Shown here piece after piece: positions 38,461 through 47,361 of a stretch of 64,000 nucleotides of DNA. The DNA comes from an uncultured delta proteobacterium (GTDB lineage Bacteria; Desulfobacterota; Binatia; UBA9968), in NCBI GenBank assembly GCA_963816145.1, contig CAWFJP010000005.1, positions 32,001 through 96,000 of the forward strand. The letters are read 5' to 3'. Below the pieces are notes generated by a model. The model was not told the DNA's origin. It was given only the letters and a program-made list of their open reading frames with translations, and made no database searches. How positions within the stretch are numbered: the first letter of the stretch is position 1; every line of letters starts with the position of its first letter. The position numbers were made by a program, and so were the translations under genes.

Positions 38461-39252
38461 ATGGCTGAGCGTGTTTGGGAGAAGTTTCTCACGGCGCAAG
38501 ACAAGGCTACGTTAACCGGCAAGCCGGACCGGCGCATCGGTTTCGGCGAGCGGCCGGCGTTGTTATTGATCGATCTTTATCGCTGGGTGTTTGGCGACAA
38601 ACCGGAGGCTGTGACCGAGGCGATCAAGACTTGGCCCGGGAGCTGCGGGATGGCTGGGTGGAATGCGTTGCCGCATATTCAAAAACTGCTCTCCAAGTGC
38701 CGCGAAGTCGGCATTCCGATCATTCATGTGACCGGCATGGACGGTGTCGCGGTCGAGCCCTGGGCTTTTCGCCGCGATACCAAGAAGCGCGCGACCATGG
38801 GCGCCGAGGAGCTGGATCGTTTTCGCCGTCGCTATGACATCGTCGACGAGGTCAAACCGATCCCCGGCGAGACCGTATTTAAAAAAGTTTCCCCGAGCGC
38901 CTTTTGGGGCACGCCGCTGGTCGGCCACTTAAACTTTCTCGGCGTCGATACCATCATCACCTGCGGCGAGAGCACCAGTGGCTGCGTGCGCGCCAGCGTG
39001 GTCGACGGCACGACCAACCGCCTGCGCATGGTAGTCGCCGAGGAATGCGTGTTCGATCGCCATGAAGCTTGTCATGCGATCAACCTTTTCGATATGAATC
39101 AGAAATATGCCGACGTATTGCCGCTTGATGACATCATCAAATATCTCGACGGCTGGCGCGCTGAGAAGGCCGGGCAGGTCGGTTACGCGAACAATAGCAT
39201 GGAGTATTTGAAGGACCTCGGGATTGGGGAAACGTATAAGGGCCTACGCTAG
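38461..39252 (+). CDS. Isochorismatase-family cysteine hydrolase (maleamate / N-carbamoylsarcosine amidohydrolase-like)
   Basis: D-K-C triad: LLIDL, KKVSPSAF, STSGCVRAS. Confidence 0.88.
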   Translation: MAERVWEKFLTAQDKATLTGKPDRRIGFGERPALLLIDLYRWVFGDKPEAVTEAIKTWPGSCGMAGWNALPHIQKLLSKCREVGIPIIHVTGMDGVAVEPWAFRRDTKKRATMGAEELDRFRRRYDIVDEVKPIPGETVFKKVSPSAFWGTPLVGHLNFLGVDTIITCGESTSGCVRASVVDGTTNRLRMVVAEECVFDRHEACHAINLFDMNQKYADVLPLDDIIKYLDGWRAEKAGQVGYANNSMEYLKDLGIGETYKGLR

Positions 39253-39264
39253 GCGCGCAATCCT

Positions 39265-39329
39265 GTTCAAGGTTCAAAAGTTCAAGGTTCGGACCGGGGA
39301 TCGAAACGTTGAACTTTTGAACCTTGAAC
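39265..39329. repeat. Inverted GTTCAA / TTGAAC repeat array between convergent genes
   Basis: GTTCAAGGTTCAAAAGTTCAAGGTTC ... GTTGAACTTTTGAACCTTGAAC. Confidence 0.85.
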
Positions 39330-39359
39330 GGTTTCTTTAATTCTCTACTGGTCGGCAGC

Positions 39360-40535
39360 CTATGCTACTTCGGCCGGTTGTTGCTTTAACCCTAGCCAAG
39401 TCAAAACTACCACAATGGCGGAGATGAACGCCATCGTTTGAAATCCTCCCGCATATCCCATCTGTTCGATCAGCGCGCCGCATACCAATGGTCCGATCGC
39501 TTGGCCGAAAGACGTCGACGCGCGAGAGATCCCGAGGCTGAGTTCCTTTGCGCCGGGGTCGGCCGATTGCAGCGCGAAGGTGGTGGCCCCGACATTGGTA
39601 AACCCGAACCCCATGGTCATGATCGCCAACGGCAGCATGAGAGTTATGAAATCTGCGCCATAAACCTGGAGCAAAAACATCGGCACGCCAACGATGACGC
39701 CAAGGAGTATGACCCGCGCGGGTTTGATCCGATCGCATAGCCGTCCGCCGACGTAACGCCCAAGCGTATCGCTCAGACGAGAAATCGACACGATTAAGCC
39801 AACGGTTGGCAAATTCATACCGCGCAGGTTGACCGCAAGAAACGGAAACGCCACGCGCGTGACGCCGACCAAGAACAAGAACGACTGGCAAATCGCCAGG
39901 CAGGAAGCGAGAAAAGGTGTCTTGCCAAGCAGTCTGCGTCCCTCGCGCCACAGATTGGGAGTCAGAACGCGATCCTTGCGCCGGTAGCGGTGCGCGCCGG
40001 CGGCGAAGGCGATGATTATGCCGATGAATTGCGGCGCGGCGTAGAGAAAAAATAATCCATCCGGTCCAAACTTTTTGCCGACGAAGCCGCCGAGCAGCGG
40101 GCCGAGGGTAAAACCGATGCCCAAGGCCGAGGCCATTTGCCCTTGCACTCTGCCCTGACGATTGGGCGGCGATTGGTCGAAGCCAATTTTTCTGAGCGAC
40201 AAGGCAAACATCGCTTCGGTCAGGCCGAAAATGATCCATGCTGCGACAAAAATCGGCATGGTATCCACGAAGGCATAGGCGACGATACTAGTCGCGATGC
40301 CGATGATCATGGCGGCGAAGAGCAATGCGCCCGGGCTGAAATAGGTCGCCATGATTCCGGACATGACGTCGGAACAAACTCGCCCGACACCGTTAGCGAC
40401 CAGCGGTATGCCGACCGCCGCAACGGAATATCCGTGGGCTTTCATAAAAAAGGGCGCGAGCATTGCCGCGCCGGAGGAGCCGGCGGTCTGAAAGATTGCG
40501 GCCAAGATGTATAACGCGAGAGGGGATAGGCTCAT
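39360..40535 (-). CDS. MFS transporter
   Basis: About 12 TM; GPLLGG, GRLCDRI, GPLVCGAL. Confidence 0.88.
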   Translation of the reverse strand: MSLSPLALYILAAIFQTAGSSGAAMLAPFFMKAHGYSVAAVGIPLVANGVGRVCSDVMSGIMATYFSPGALLFAAMIIGIATSIVAYAFVDTMPIFVAAWIIFGLTEAMFALSLRKIGFDQSPPNRQGRVQGQMASALGIGFTLGPLLGGFVGKKFGPDGLFFLYAAPQFIGIIIAFAAGAHRYRRKDRVLTPNLWREGRRLLGKTPFLASCLAICQSFLFLVGVTRVAFPFLAVNLRGMNLPTVGLIVSISRLSDTLGRYVGGRLCDRIKPARVILLGVIVGVPMFLLQVYGADFITLMLPLAIMTMGFGFTNVGATTFALQSADPGAKELSLGISRASTSFGQAIGPLVCGALIEQMGYAGGFQTMAFISAIVVVLTWLGLKQQPAEVA

Positions 40536-40652
40536 GGCGCGCGATTATAGCAGCAGATTTGCGGTGATCCCATGTGATCGCGGTTAAATTTATCATGGTG
40601 GACAGCCGGAAACGAGCTTGATAGAAAGACGGCATCAGGCGAGGAGCGAGCG

Positions 40653-40970
40653 ATGGAAATTCTGCAAATTCAAATTCACGAAGCGAAAAAGAAACTCGAT
40701 GAAAAGAATTGTCTGTTCGTCGATATTCGCGATCCAGGTTCGTACCAACAAGCGCATATTCCCGGCGCGCTGCATTTGCACGATGGCAATGTTCAAGAAT
40801 TCTTGCAAAATACCGCCAAGGATCAACCGGTGATTGTCTACTGCTATCACGGTAACAGCAGTATGGGTGCCACCGGGTATTTTCTTGAAAATGGTTTTAC
40901 CAACGTCGCCAGTATGATGGGCGGTTTTGAGGCTTGGCGGCAGGTTTATGAGCATGAAGCGGAAGGATAG
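40653..40970 (+). CDS. glpE: Thiosulfate sulfurtransferase (single-domain rhodanese)
   Basis: VDIRD..SY...HIPGA, active loop CYHGNSS, GGFEAW. Confidence 0.88.
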   Translation: MEILQIQIHEAKKKLDEKNCLFVDIRDPGSYQQAHIPGALHLHDGNVQEFLQNTAKDQPVIVYCYHGNSSMGATGYFLENGFTNVASMMGGFEAWRQVYEHEAEG

Positions 40971-41026
40971 TTTGGGGTTTCAGGTTTCGGGTTAAACTCG
41001 GAACTCGCAACTCAAAGCTCGCAACT
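40970..41026. repeat. Inverted 7-bp repeat array (GTTTnnG / AACTCnn)
   Basis: GTTTGGG GTTTCAG GTTTCGG GTT - AACTCGG AACTCGC AACTCAA AGCTCGC AACT. Confidence 0.75.
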
Positions 41027-41049
41027 AAATCGACCGAAGGGAGATTGAT

Positions 41050-42003
41050 ATGAGTGTGATCATCGGCAGCGGCGATTTTCGTTACGAAGTGATCGAAGGT
41101 TTCGGCAAACTGCCCGACGACTGGACGTTTCACGAAGTGGCGGCGGTGGCGGTGGACGCCAAGGAGCAGCTCTATTGCTTCACCCGCGGTAAACATCCGG
41201 TGATCGTGTTCGACCGCGACGGCAACTTTCTGCGCTCCTGGGGCGACGGTGTGTTTAAGCGCGCCCATGGCGCGACCATCGGTCCCGACGAGACGATCTT
41301 TTTGACCGACGACGGCGACCACACGGTACGCAAGTGCTCGCTCGACGGCAAGATCCTCATGACCATCGGCGTGCCGGGAAAATCGGCACCCTATCAAAGC
41401 GGCGAGCCGTTCAATCGCTGCACGCATGTCGCGTTCTCGCCGCAGGGCGATATTTACGTCTCCGACGGCTACGGCAACTCGCGGGTGCACAAGTACTCGC
41501 CGGATGGAAAGCTGTTGCTGTCCTGGGGTGAATCGGGCTCCGATCCCGGCCAGTTCAACATCGTGCACAACATCGTCACCGACAAAGACGGCTGGGTCTA
41601 TGTCGCCGACCGGGAGAATAACCGGGTGCAAGTGTTCGACGGCAAAGGCAAGTACGAGACCCAATGGAATAACATGCACCGGCCCTGCGCACTTTATATG
41701 GACACGACCAAAAAAGATCCGGTCTGTTACGTCGGCGAACTCGGACCCGGGCTCGGCGTGAACCTGAACGCGCCCAATCTCGGCAACCGGGTCGATATTT
41801 ACGACAAGCATGGCAAACGGTTGGCGCGCTTGGGCGATATCTTCGCTGGCGAAAAGCCCGGCCAGTTCATCGCGCCGCACGGCCTTGCCATCGACTCGCG
41901 CGGCGATATTTATGTCGGCGAGGTGTCCTGGACGATCATGGGCCAGCGCCTGCAGCCGCCGCGGGAGTTGCGCAGCTTGCAGAAGTTGAAGAAGCTGAAT
42001 TGA
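41050..42003 (+). CDS. NHL-repeat beta-propeller, peptidyl-alpha-hydroxyglycine alpha-amidating lyase family
   Basis: YVSDGYGNSRV, YVADRENNRVQVFD, APHGLAIDSRGDIYVGE. Confidence 0.88.
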   Translation: MSVIIGSGDFRYEVIEGFGKLPDDWTFHEVAAVAVDAKEQLYCFTRGKHPVIVFDRDGNFLRSWGDGVFKRAHGATIGPDETIFLTDDGDHTVRKCSLDGKILMTIGVPGKSAPYQSGEPFNRCTHVAFSPQGDIYVSDGYGNSRVHKYSPDGKLLLSWGESGSDPGQFNIVHNIVTDKDGWVYVADRENNRVQVFDGKGKYETQWNNMHRPCALYMDTTKKDPVCYVGELGPGLGVNLNAPNLGNRVDIYDKHGKRLARLGDIFAGEKPGQFIAPHGLAIDSRGDIYVGEVSWTIMGQRLQPPRELRSLQKLKKLN

Positions 42004-42014
42004 GAGGATGTCTG

Positions 42015-42143
42015 CACCACGAAGGCACGAAGGACACGAAGTAGGAAATTCGGACTCGGAATGTTGGCCGCAAATAACGCAAAGGTCACAAAATCCCCCT
42101 CCTCTTTCCTCCCCCGCCAGCGGGGGAGGATGAAGGTGGGGGC
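42015..42143. repeat. Composite tract: family A half-arm, family B half-arm and a C-rich/G-rich REP-like hairpin
   Basis: CACCACGAAGGCACGAAGGACACGAAG; GCCGCAAATAACGCAAAGGTCACAAA; CCTCCCCCGCCAGCGGGGGAGG. Confidence 0.75.
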
Positions 42144-42186
42144 AAACTTCACCCATGGTGGTGAGTTCTGAACGAGGGGGACGATC

Positions 42187-42999
42187 ATGCAAAGCAATAT
42201 CACTCAAGAGCGCGTGCCGATCCATGGCGATGCCGGCCATTGGGTGCATATCTCGCAGAGTCCGCGTCATGTGCGGGTGTATTTTGGCGGTGAGGTCATC
42301 GCCAACAGCAAGCGCGCCAAGCTCGTGCGCGAAGCGGAAGTTTTGCCGGCTTATTATTTCCCCAAGGAAGATGTGCGCACTGATCTGTTCACCGCGAGCG
42401 CGCAGAGAACCGATTGTCCGGTCAAAGGCTCGGCCTCGTTTTGGTCGATCAAGGCCGGGGGGCGGTTAGCAGAGAACGCGGTGTGGAGTTATGCGAATCC
42501 ACTGTCGGCGGCGACCGGAATCGAGGACCATTTCGCTTTCGACTGGCCGAAGATGGACAAGTGGATGGAGGAGGAAGAAGTGCTCTACAAGCACGCGCGC
42601 GATCCCTACAAGCGCGTCGATGCGATGCCGAGCGCGCGCCATGTGCGCGTTCTCATTGACGGCCAGACGGTGGCGGAAACCCGCCGCCCTCATCTAGTTT
42701 TCGAGACCAATCATCCGGTGCGCTACTACATCCCGCAAGAAGATGTACGCATGGATCTGCTGGTCGCGAGCGCGACAACCTCGCGCTGCCCGTACAAAGG
42801 TCCAGCTTCTTACTGGTCGGTGAAGCTTGGCGACGAAACCTTTGCTGATCTGGTATGGGGCTATATGGAAACCATTCCCGAGTGTCCCAAGATCAAAGGG
42901 CTGCTATCTTTCTTCCATGAGCAGGGTTGCGATATCTACGTCGACGGTGAGTTAGTCGAACGACCAAAGACTAAATGGGCGCGGCCGTTGCGCGGCTAG
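42187..42999 (+). CDS. Tandem DUF427 domain protein
   Basis: Two repeats of YY.P.EDVR...CP(V/Y)KG.AS(F/Y)W; linker HARDPYKRVD. Confidence 0.9.
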   Translation: MQSNITQERVPIHGDAGHWVHISQSPRHVRVYFGGEVIANSKRAKLVREAEVLPAYYFPKEDVRTDLFTASAQRTDCPVKGSASFWSIKAGGRLAENAVWSYANPLSAATGIEDHFAFDWPKMDKWMEEEEVLYKHARDPYKRVDAMPSARHVRVLIDGQTVAETRRPHLVFETNHPVRYYIPQEDVRMDLLVASATTSRCPYKGPASYWSVKLGDETFADLVWGYMETIPECPKIKGLLSFFHEQGCDIYVDGELVERPKTKWARPLRG

Positions 43000-43017
43000 T
43001 TCGTCATACTCAGCATC

Positions 43018-44028
43018 ATGCAGGCGCTTCACTGGGACGGCTCTAAGCTGCGCGCTCGTTCGGACTATCCGCTACCTGGGTCGAGGATCGATGATGGCGG
43101 ATCGCGAATGGTAGGGGCGACCGGCGGTCGCCCTCTCACCGGCGCCGGAGCTGTTGCGCTCGTCAAAGTTCATCTCGCCGGTGTTTGCTCGACCGATTTG
43201 CAAATTCTCAAAGGTTACATGGGTTTCACCGGCGTGCCGGGGCACGAGTTCGTCGGCTCCGTCGTCGATGGGCCGCAAGACTGGCTCGGCAAGCGTGTGG
43301 TCGGTGAGATCAATTTCGGCTGCGGCGTTTGCGATAGCTGCCGGCGCGACCTGGCGCGCCATTGTCCCAATCGCCGGGTGATGGGCATCGTCAACGCCGA
43401 CGGCGCGTTTGCTGAATATGTCGCCGTGCCGGTGACGAATCTGCACTGGGTTGCCGATGCGATCAGCGACGAAGATGCGGTGTTCACCGAGCCTCTGGCG
43501 GCGGCTTTTGAGATCTTGACGCAGATTCAAATCAATCCGGGTGACGACATTCTGGTGCTCGGCGACGGCAAGCTGGGTAATCTCTGCGCCCAAGTTTTGC
43601 GCCTGACCGGCGCCAAGGTGACGGTGCTGGGCAAACACGCCGACAAGCTTGCGACGATTAAAATGTCCGGCGTCAGAACGATTCAATTAAACGACAGGCA
43701 GCCGCGGCTGTTCGATATCGTCGTTGAAGCCAGCGGCTCGCCGTCGGGTTTGGAGCTCGCGCTCAACGCGGTGCGGCCGCGCGGGACATTGGTCTTGAAA
43801 AGCACCATCGCCGGCAAGCACGAAGTCTCGTTGGCACCCATCGTGATCCATGAGATCAACGTGATCGGTTCGCGCTGCGGGCCGTTTCCCGATGCCCTCG
43901 ATGCGTTGGCGGCGAAACGCGTGGCGGTGGCGCCATTGATTGAGGCGATCTATTCCTTGAAGGATGGCGTCGATGCCGTCGAACGGGCAGCGCGAGCCGG
44001 GGCTAAGAAAATTTTGTTGCGACCCTAA
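43018..44028 (+). CDS. Zn-dependent medium-chain dehydrogenase carrying an in-frame repeat/REP insertion
   Basis: GVCSTD, PGHEFVG, C..C..C...HC, EPLA, GDGKLG, GSRCGPF. Confidence 0.9.
   Translation: MQALHWDGSKLRARSDYPLPGSRIDDGGSRMVGATGGRPLTGAGAVALVKVHLAGVCSTDLQILKGYMGFTGVPGHEFVGSVVDGPQDWLGKRVVGEINFGCGVCDSCRRDLARHCPNRRVMGIVNADGAFAEYVAVPVTNLHWVADAISDEDAVFTEPLAAAFEILTQIQINPGDDILVLGDGKLGNLCAQVLRLTGAKVTVLGKHADKLATIKMSGVRTIQLNDRQPRLFDIVVEASGSPSGLELALNAVRPRGTLVLKSTIAGKHEVSLAPIVIHEINVIGSRCGPFPDALDALAAKRVAVAPLIEAIYSLKDGVDAVERAARAGAKKILLRP
43111..43134 (+). repeat. GTAG-REP identical to the RAYT-flanking REP, inside the dehydrogenase ORF
   Basis: GTAGGGGCGACCGGCGGTCGCCCT(CT), identical to 23519-23544; preceded by 7-mers TCGAGGA TCGATGA TGGCGGA TCGCGAA. 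Confidence 0.9.
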
Positions 44029-44063
44029 TCAGGAATTCTACAGTTTTGCGACGGAGGTGATCG

Positions 44064-44813
44064 ATGAAATGGGGCGAACAGCGTTGGCCGCAGATGAAAG
44101 CCTTGGACCGGTCCAAGGTCGTGACGATTTTGCCGACCGGATCGATGGAGCAGCATGGGCCACACTTGCCGTTGCAGGTGGATCATTTCATCGCCAATCG
44201 TATCGCCGAGGATCTGGAAAAACGCATGCCGGAGATCCTTACATTGCCGCCGGTTTGGGCGGGAACCTCGGGCCATCACATGGATTTTCCCGGCACGATT
44301 ACATTGCGGCCGCGGGTGTTCATCGATCTGCTGCGGGATGTTTGTGCCTGTATGCATGCTCATGGGTTTCGCCGGATGATTTTGCTCAACGGCCATGGCG
44401 GCAACCGTGCCAGCTTGCAGGTATTGGGACAAGAGCTCTATGCGGAGATGGGCTTTTCGATCAACGTGATCGTTTACTGGGACCTGGTGCCGGAGCTGGT
44501 CAAATCGTTGAAGAAATCGAAGTCCAAAGGCATGGGCCATTCGGGCGAACTGGAAACCTCGCTGATGCTTTACCTGGCGCCGCAATTGGTCGATCTGAGC
44601 GCCGTGCCAGACGGGTTTCGTTCGGATCAGCTGCATCACAGCCGATTTATCACCGGCGAGGGGATCACCCGGTACGTCAATATCAAGGAGCACTCCGAGA
44701 TCGGCGTCGATGGTTTTCCCGCAGCAGCGAGCGCCAAGGATGGCGAACTATTTTATCAAACCGTATTGACCGAGTTGGAAAAGATCGTCCGCGAGCTGCA
44801 ACAAGAAGCCTAG
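44064..44813 (+). CDS. Creatininase family amidohydrolase
   Basis: GSMEQHGPHLP..D, NGHGGN, HSGELETS. Confidence 0.9.
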   Translation: MKWGEQRWPQMKALDRSKVVTILPTGSMEQHGPHLPLQVDHFIANRIAEDLEKRMPEILTLPPVWAGTSGHHMDFPGTITLRPRVFIDLLRDVCACMHAHGFRRMILLNGHGGNRASLQVLGQELYAEMGFSINVIVYWDLVPELVKSLKKSKSKGMGHSGELETSLMLYLAPQLVDLSAVPDGFRSDQLHHSRFITGEGITRYVNIKEHSEIGVDGFPAAASAKDGELFYQTVLTELEKIVRELQQEA

Positions 44814-44814
44814 T

Positions 44815-45429
44815 TTAGAACGACGAGCCCGGCTGGGTAAGAAAGTCCAACTCCTCCGGCGTCGATGGCCGGCCGAGAACCCGGTTGCGGTGCGGAAACC
44901 GGCCGAAGCGCGCGACGATGTCGCGATGGCGAACGGCAAAATCTAGATACTGGGCGAAACTGGCTTGTTGTTCTTGCGCGGCCAGCGACAACAACTCGCC
45001 AAACAGGATTACCGCTCGTTCTTGGTGCTCCAACCGTTCCGAATGCTCCAGAGGGAGACAAAAGAACACCCGCTCGATGGGCCGCAGCAATCGATCATGA
45101 CCCTGTTCGATACCCGCGAGACTCCACTCCAGCGCTTTCGCGTCCAAGGCGAACGCCTGCGGTGAATCGCGGTAAATATTGCGAGGAAACTGATCGGTTA
45201 CAATGATCAACGCCAGCCGTCCCCGCGGTTCGGCGAGCCAATGATCGAGCTTGCCTTCGCTGGCTAGCTGCAGACTGCTCTTGAATCTCTCGCGAATCTC
45301 CCTATCGACTTCAGCATTCTTCGACCACCACAGATCGGCGCGGTCTTTGGCGAGGGTGGCTGCGTCGGGATTGGTGCCGAACCAGTAGGTCAGGATAGTT
45401 TCGCTGTCGATCATAGCCACTTGCATCAC
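44815..45429 (-). CDS. DUF924 family protein
   Basis: DQFPRNIYR, LPLEHSE, RFGRFPHRN..LGR.ST.EE. Confidence 0.9.
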   Translation of the reverse strand: MMQVAMIDSETILTYWFGTNPDAATLAKDRADLWWSKNAEVDREIRERFKSSLQLASEGKLDHWLAEPRGRLALIIVTDQFPRNIYRDSPQAFALDAKALEWSLAGIEQGHDRLLRPIERVFFCLPLEHSERLEHQERAVILFGELLSLAAQEQQASFAQYLDFAVRHRDIVARFGRFPHRNRVLGRPSTPEELDFLTQPGSSF

Positions 45430-45519
45430 GACCCGAATGATTTGGAAAGCGCCAATAATGCGCTAGCCGGTTGATCGAGCTGCATGATGTAGCCTCAATC
45501 GGGTGACGAGGTCTACTTA

Positions 45520-46269
45520 TTAGTGACTAGGTAGAGTTCTCAGCCGGGTAAAGAATTCGCCGATGGCGCCATTATGAAGGAAGTCGGCGAGATCGTCGAG
45601 CGGCGTCGGGTCGCGGTTGACAATGGCGAGCAGCGCGCCGCTGCGCTTGGCGATCACCGGGAAAGATGCCGCCGGTTGCACTTGCAAGGACGAGCCGATG
45701 ACGACGAAGACATCGGCTTGCTCGCTCCAGCGTTGGGCGCGCTGCATGGCTTCGACCGGCATCGATTGGCCGAAGGAGATGTTGGCGGATTTGAGAAAAC
45801 CGCTGCAGGCGTCGCAGGTGGGCGTCGGCAGTCCTTCATGCCACTTCTCGTAGACGTCAGAGGGTTGAAAAACTTTGGCGCATTTGAGGCAGGTGACGAG
45901 ACGGTCCGTGCCATGCAGCTCGACCAGGCGCGTCGCCGATGTGCCGGCGAGCTTGTGCAGGCCGTCGATATTTTGCGTGATCAGGCCGAGCAGTTGGCCG
46001 CGTTGTTCGAATTCGCAGATCGCCTGGTGGCCGATGTTGGGTTTGACGGTCTTGAAGAGCTCATAGGTGGCTTTTTTGAGCTGCCAATGCTGCACCCGCG
46101 CAGCTTCACTGGCGAGAAAATCTTGGAACAGCACCGGTTGATATTTCGTCCAGACACCTCCGGGGCTGCGGAAGTCAGGCACGCCGGATTCCGTACTGAT
46201 ACCGGCGCCGGTGAAGAAAACCAGCGCCTCTGACTTGCTCAACCGGCTGGCGAACTCTTCAAGCTTCAC
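45520..46269 (-). CDS. cobB: NAD-dependent protein deacylase (sirtuin)
   Basis: GAGISTESGVPDFR, TQNIDGLH, ELHG, two CxxC, GSSLQV.PAA. Confidence 0.9.
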   Translation of the reverse strand: MKLEEFASRLSKSEALVFFTGAGISTESGVPDFRSPGGVWTKYQPVLFQDFLASEAARVQHWQLKKATYELFKTVKPNIGHQAICEFEQRGQLLGLITQNIDGLHKLAGTSATRLVELHGTDRLVTCLKCAKVFQPSDVYEKWHEGLPTPTCDACSGFLKSANISFGQSMPVEAMQRAQRWSEQADVFVVIGSSLQVQPAASFPVIAKRSGALLAIVNRDPTPLDDLADFLHNGAIGEFFTRLRTLPSH

Positions 46270-46288
46270 GCTGCGCCGTCCCGTCGAG

Positions 46289-46924
46289 CTATTTTTTTGC
46301 CGGCTCTGCCGGCTTCGCCGGTTGCGGCGGCGTAGCTGATTTGGCTGCTTCCGCCGATTTCGCAGGCGCAGCCGACTTGGCAGCGGGCGCAGTAGGCGGC
46401 GGCGCCGGTTGGATGTCGACGATCTTGACGTTGAAGACGAGCGTCTTGCCCGCCATCGGATGATTCATGTCGATAACCACCGTCTTTTCTTTGACTTCCT
46501 TGATGCGCGCCAGCATGGGGCGGCCCTGGTCGTCTTGACCTTGAAGCACCGCGCCGACCTTCAGAGCGTTGGGCGGAATTTTTTCTTTGGGAATTTCCTG
46601 AAACCCGTTGGGGTTAATCTGGCCATAGGCGTCTTCCGGTTTGACGGTGACGTTCTTTTCGCCGCCGACTTTCATCCCGGTAAGTTCTTTCTCCAGCCCG
46701 GGGATCATGCTCTTTTGCCCATGGACGTACTTGAGCGGCTCCTTGCCCTTGCTGCTGTCGATCACCTTGCCGTCGGTGCCTTTGAGCGTGTATTCGATGC
46801 TGACCAACATGCCGTCCTTGACGATGTTATCGTTCTTGGCTTTCTCCGCTGCGGTGACCAATGCGGTCATGGCGAACAGAAACATTGCCGCGGCGACGAC
46901 CCAAGAGACAAGTTTAAAGTGCAT
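46289..46924 (-). CDS. SlyD/SlpA-type FKBP peptidyl-prolyl isomerase with signal peptide and Pro/Ala tail
   Basis: IPGLEKEL.GMKVG, PEDAYG, DMNHPMAGKTL.F.V. Confidence 0.9.
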   Translation of the reverse strand: MHFKLVSWVVAAAMFLFAMTALVTAAEKAKNDNIVKDGMLVSIEYTLKGTDGKVIDSSKGKEPLKYVHGQKSMIPGLEKELTGMKVGGEKNVTVKPEDAYGQINPNGFQEIPKEKIPPNALKVGAVLQGQDDQGRPMLARIKEVKEKTVVIDMNHPMAGKTLVFNVKIVDIQPAPPPTAPAAKSAAPAKSAEAAKSATPPQPAKPAEPAKK

Positions 46925-47022
46925 GTGGTGCTCCTCTCAAGCGTTTACTGAAAATGGATAGTTCACCAAGAGTACACGGTGAGGCGGGCGAACTCAACGA
47001 ATGGCGGAGAATCCGTGCGCCG

Positions 47023-47089
47023 AGATCTCTCACTTCGTTCGAGATGACAACTGTCGCCATCCTGTCGTTTCGAGTGGAGCGAAAATTCT
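47023..47089. repeat. Diverged inverted REP pair (TGTCAT-T/CTCGA type)
   Basis: AGATCTCTCACTTCGTTCGAGATGACA ... TGTCGTTTCGAGTGGAGCGAAAATTCT. Confidence 0.6.
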
Positions 47090-47111
47090 TTGCGGTTGGC
47101 AATAACCGAGT

Positions 47112-47352
47112 CTACTTACTCACGGGTTCGAAAAATCCTTCCCGTTGCAGTTCGTCGAGCAAACTCATGCGTTGGTAGATGATAACCCGTGGTGCCGGCG
47201 AAGCTGGCGCGGAGTTTCGTCAGTTGCGCAACGATCGGTTCGGGAGCGAAGATCAGCGCGCCCATTAGCAGTATGGCCGAGGATAGCTGATGGAGGATAG
47301 AGGATGGCATTTTCGCTTGCCTCCGTGTTCCTACTGTTGCCTGTTGCCTCAT
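47112..47352 (-). pseudogene. Internally deleted NMT1-type SBP remnant
   Basis: Signal plus N-terminus (AQLTKLRASFAGTTGYHLP) joined out of frame to the SBP C-terminus MSLLDELQREGFFEPVSK*; 5' end overlaps 7-mer repeats. Confidence 0.7.
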
Positions 47353-47361
47353 GCCTATTGC

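Noticed and set aside
40897-42270. 457-aa minus-strand ORF, and similar long shadow ORFs such as 10348..11451, 13165..14079, 22542..23447 and 59810..60685
   Set aside because: Antisense to well-supported genes, no recognisable motifs, and expected in GC-rich DNA.
44064-44813. Mycofactocin peptidase MftE / RiPP cluster
   Set aside because: No precursor, radical SAM or mftB-D genes; generic creatininase family.
45520-46269. SIR2 anti-phage effector
   Set aside because: Single-domain CobB-type sirtuin with Zn-binding CxxC motifs in a housekeeping context; no defence partners.
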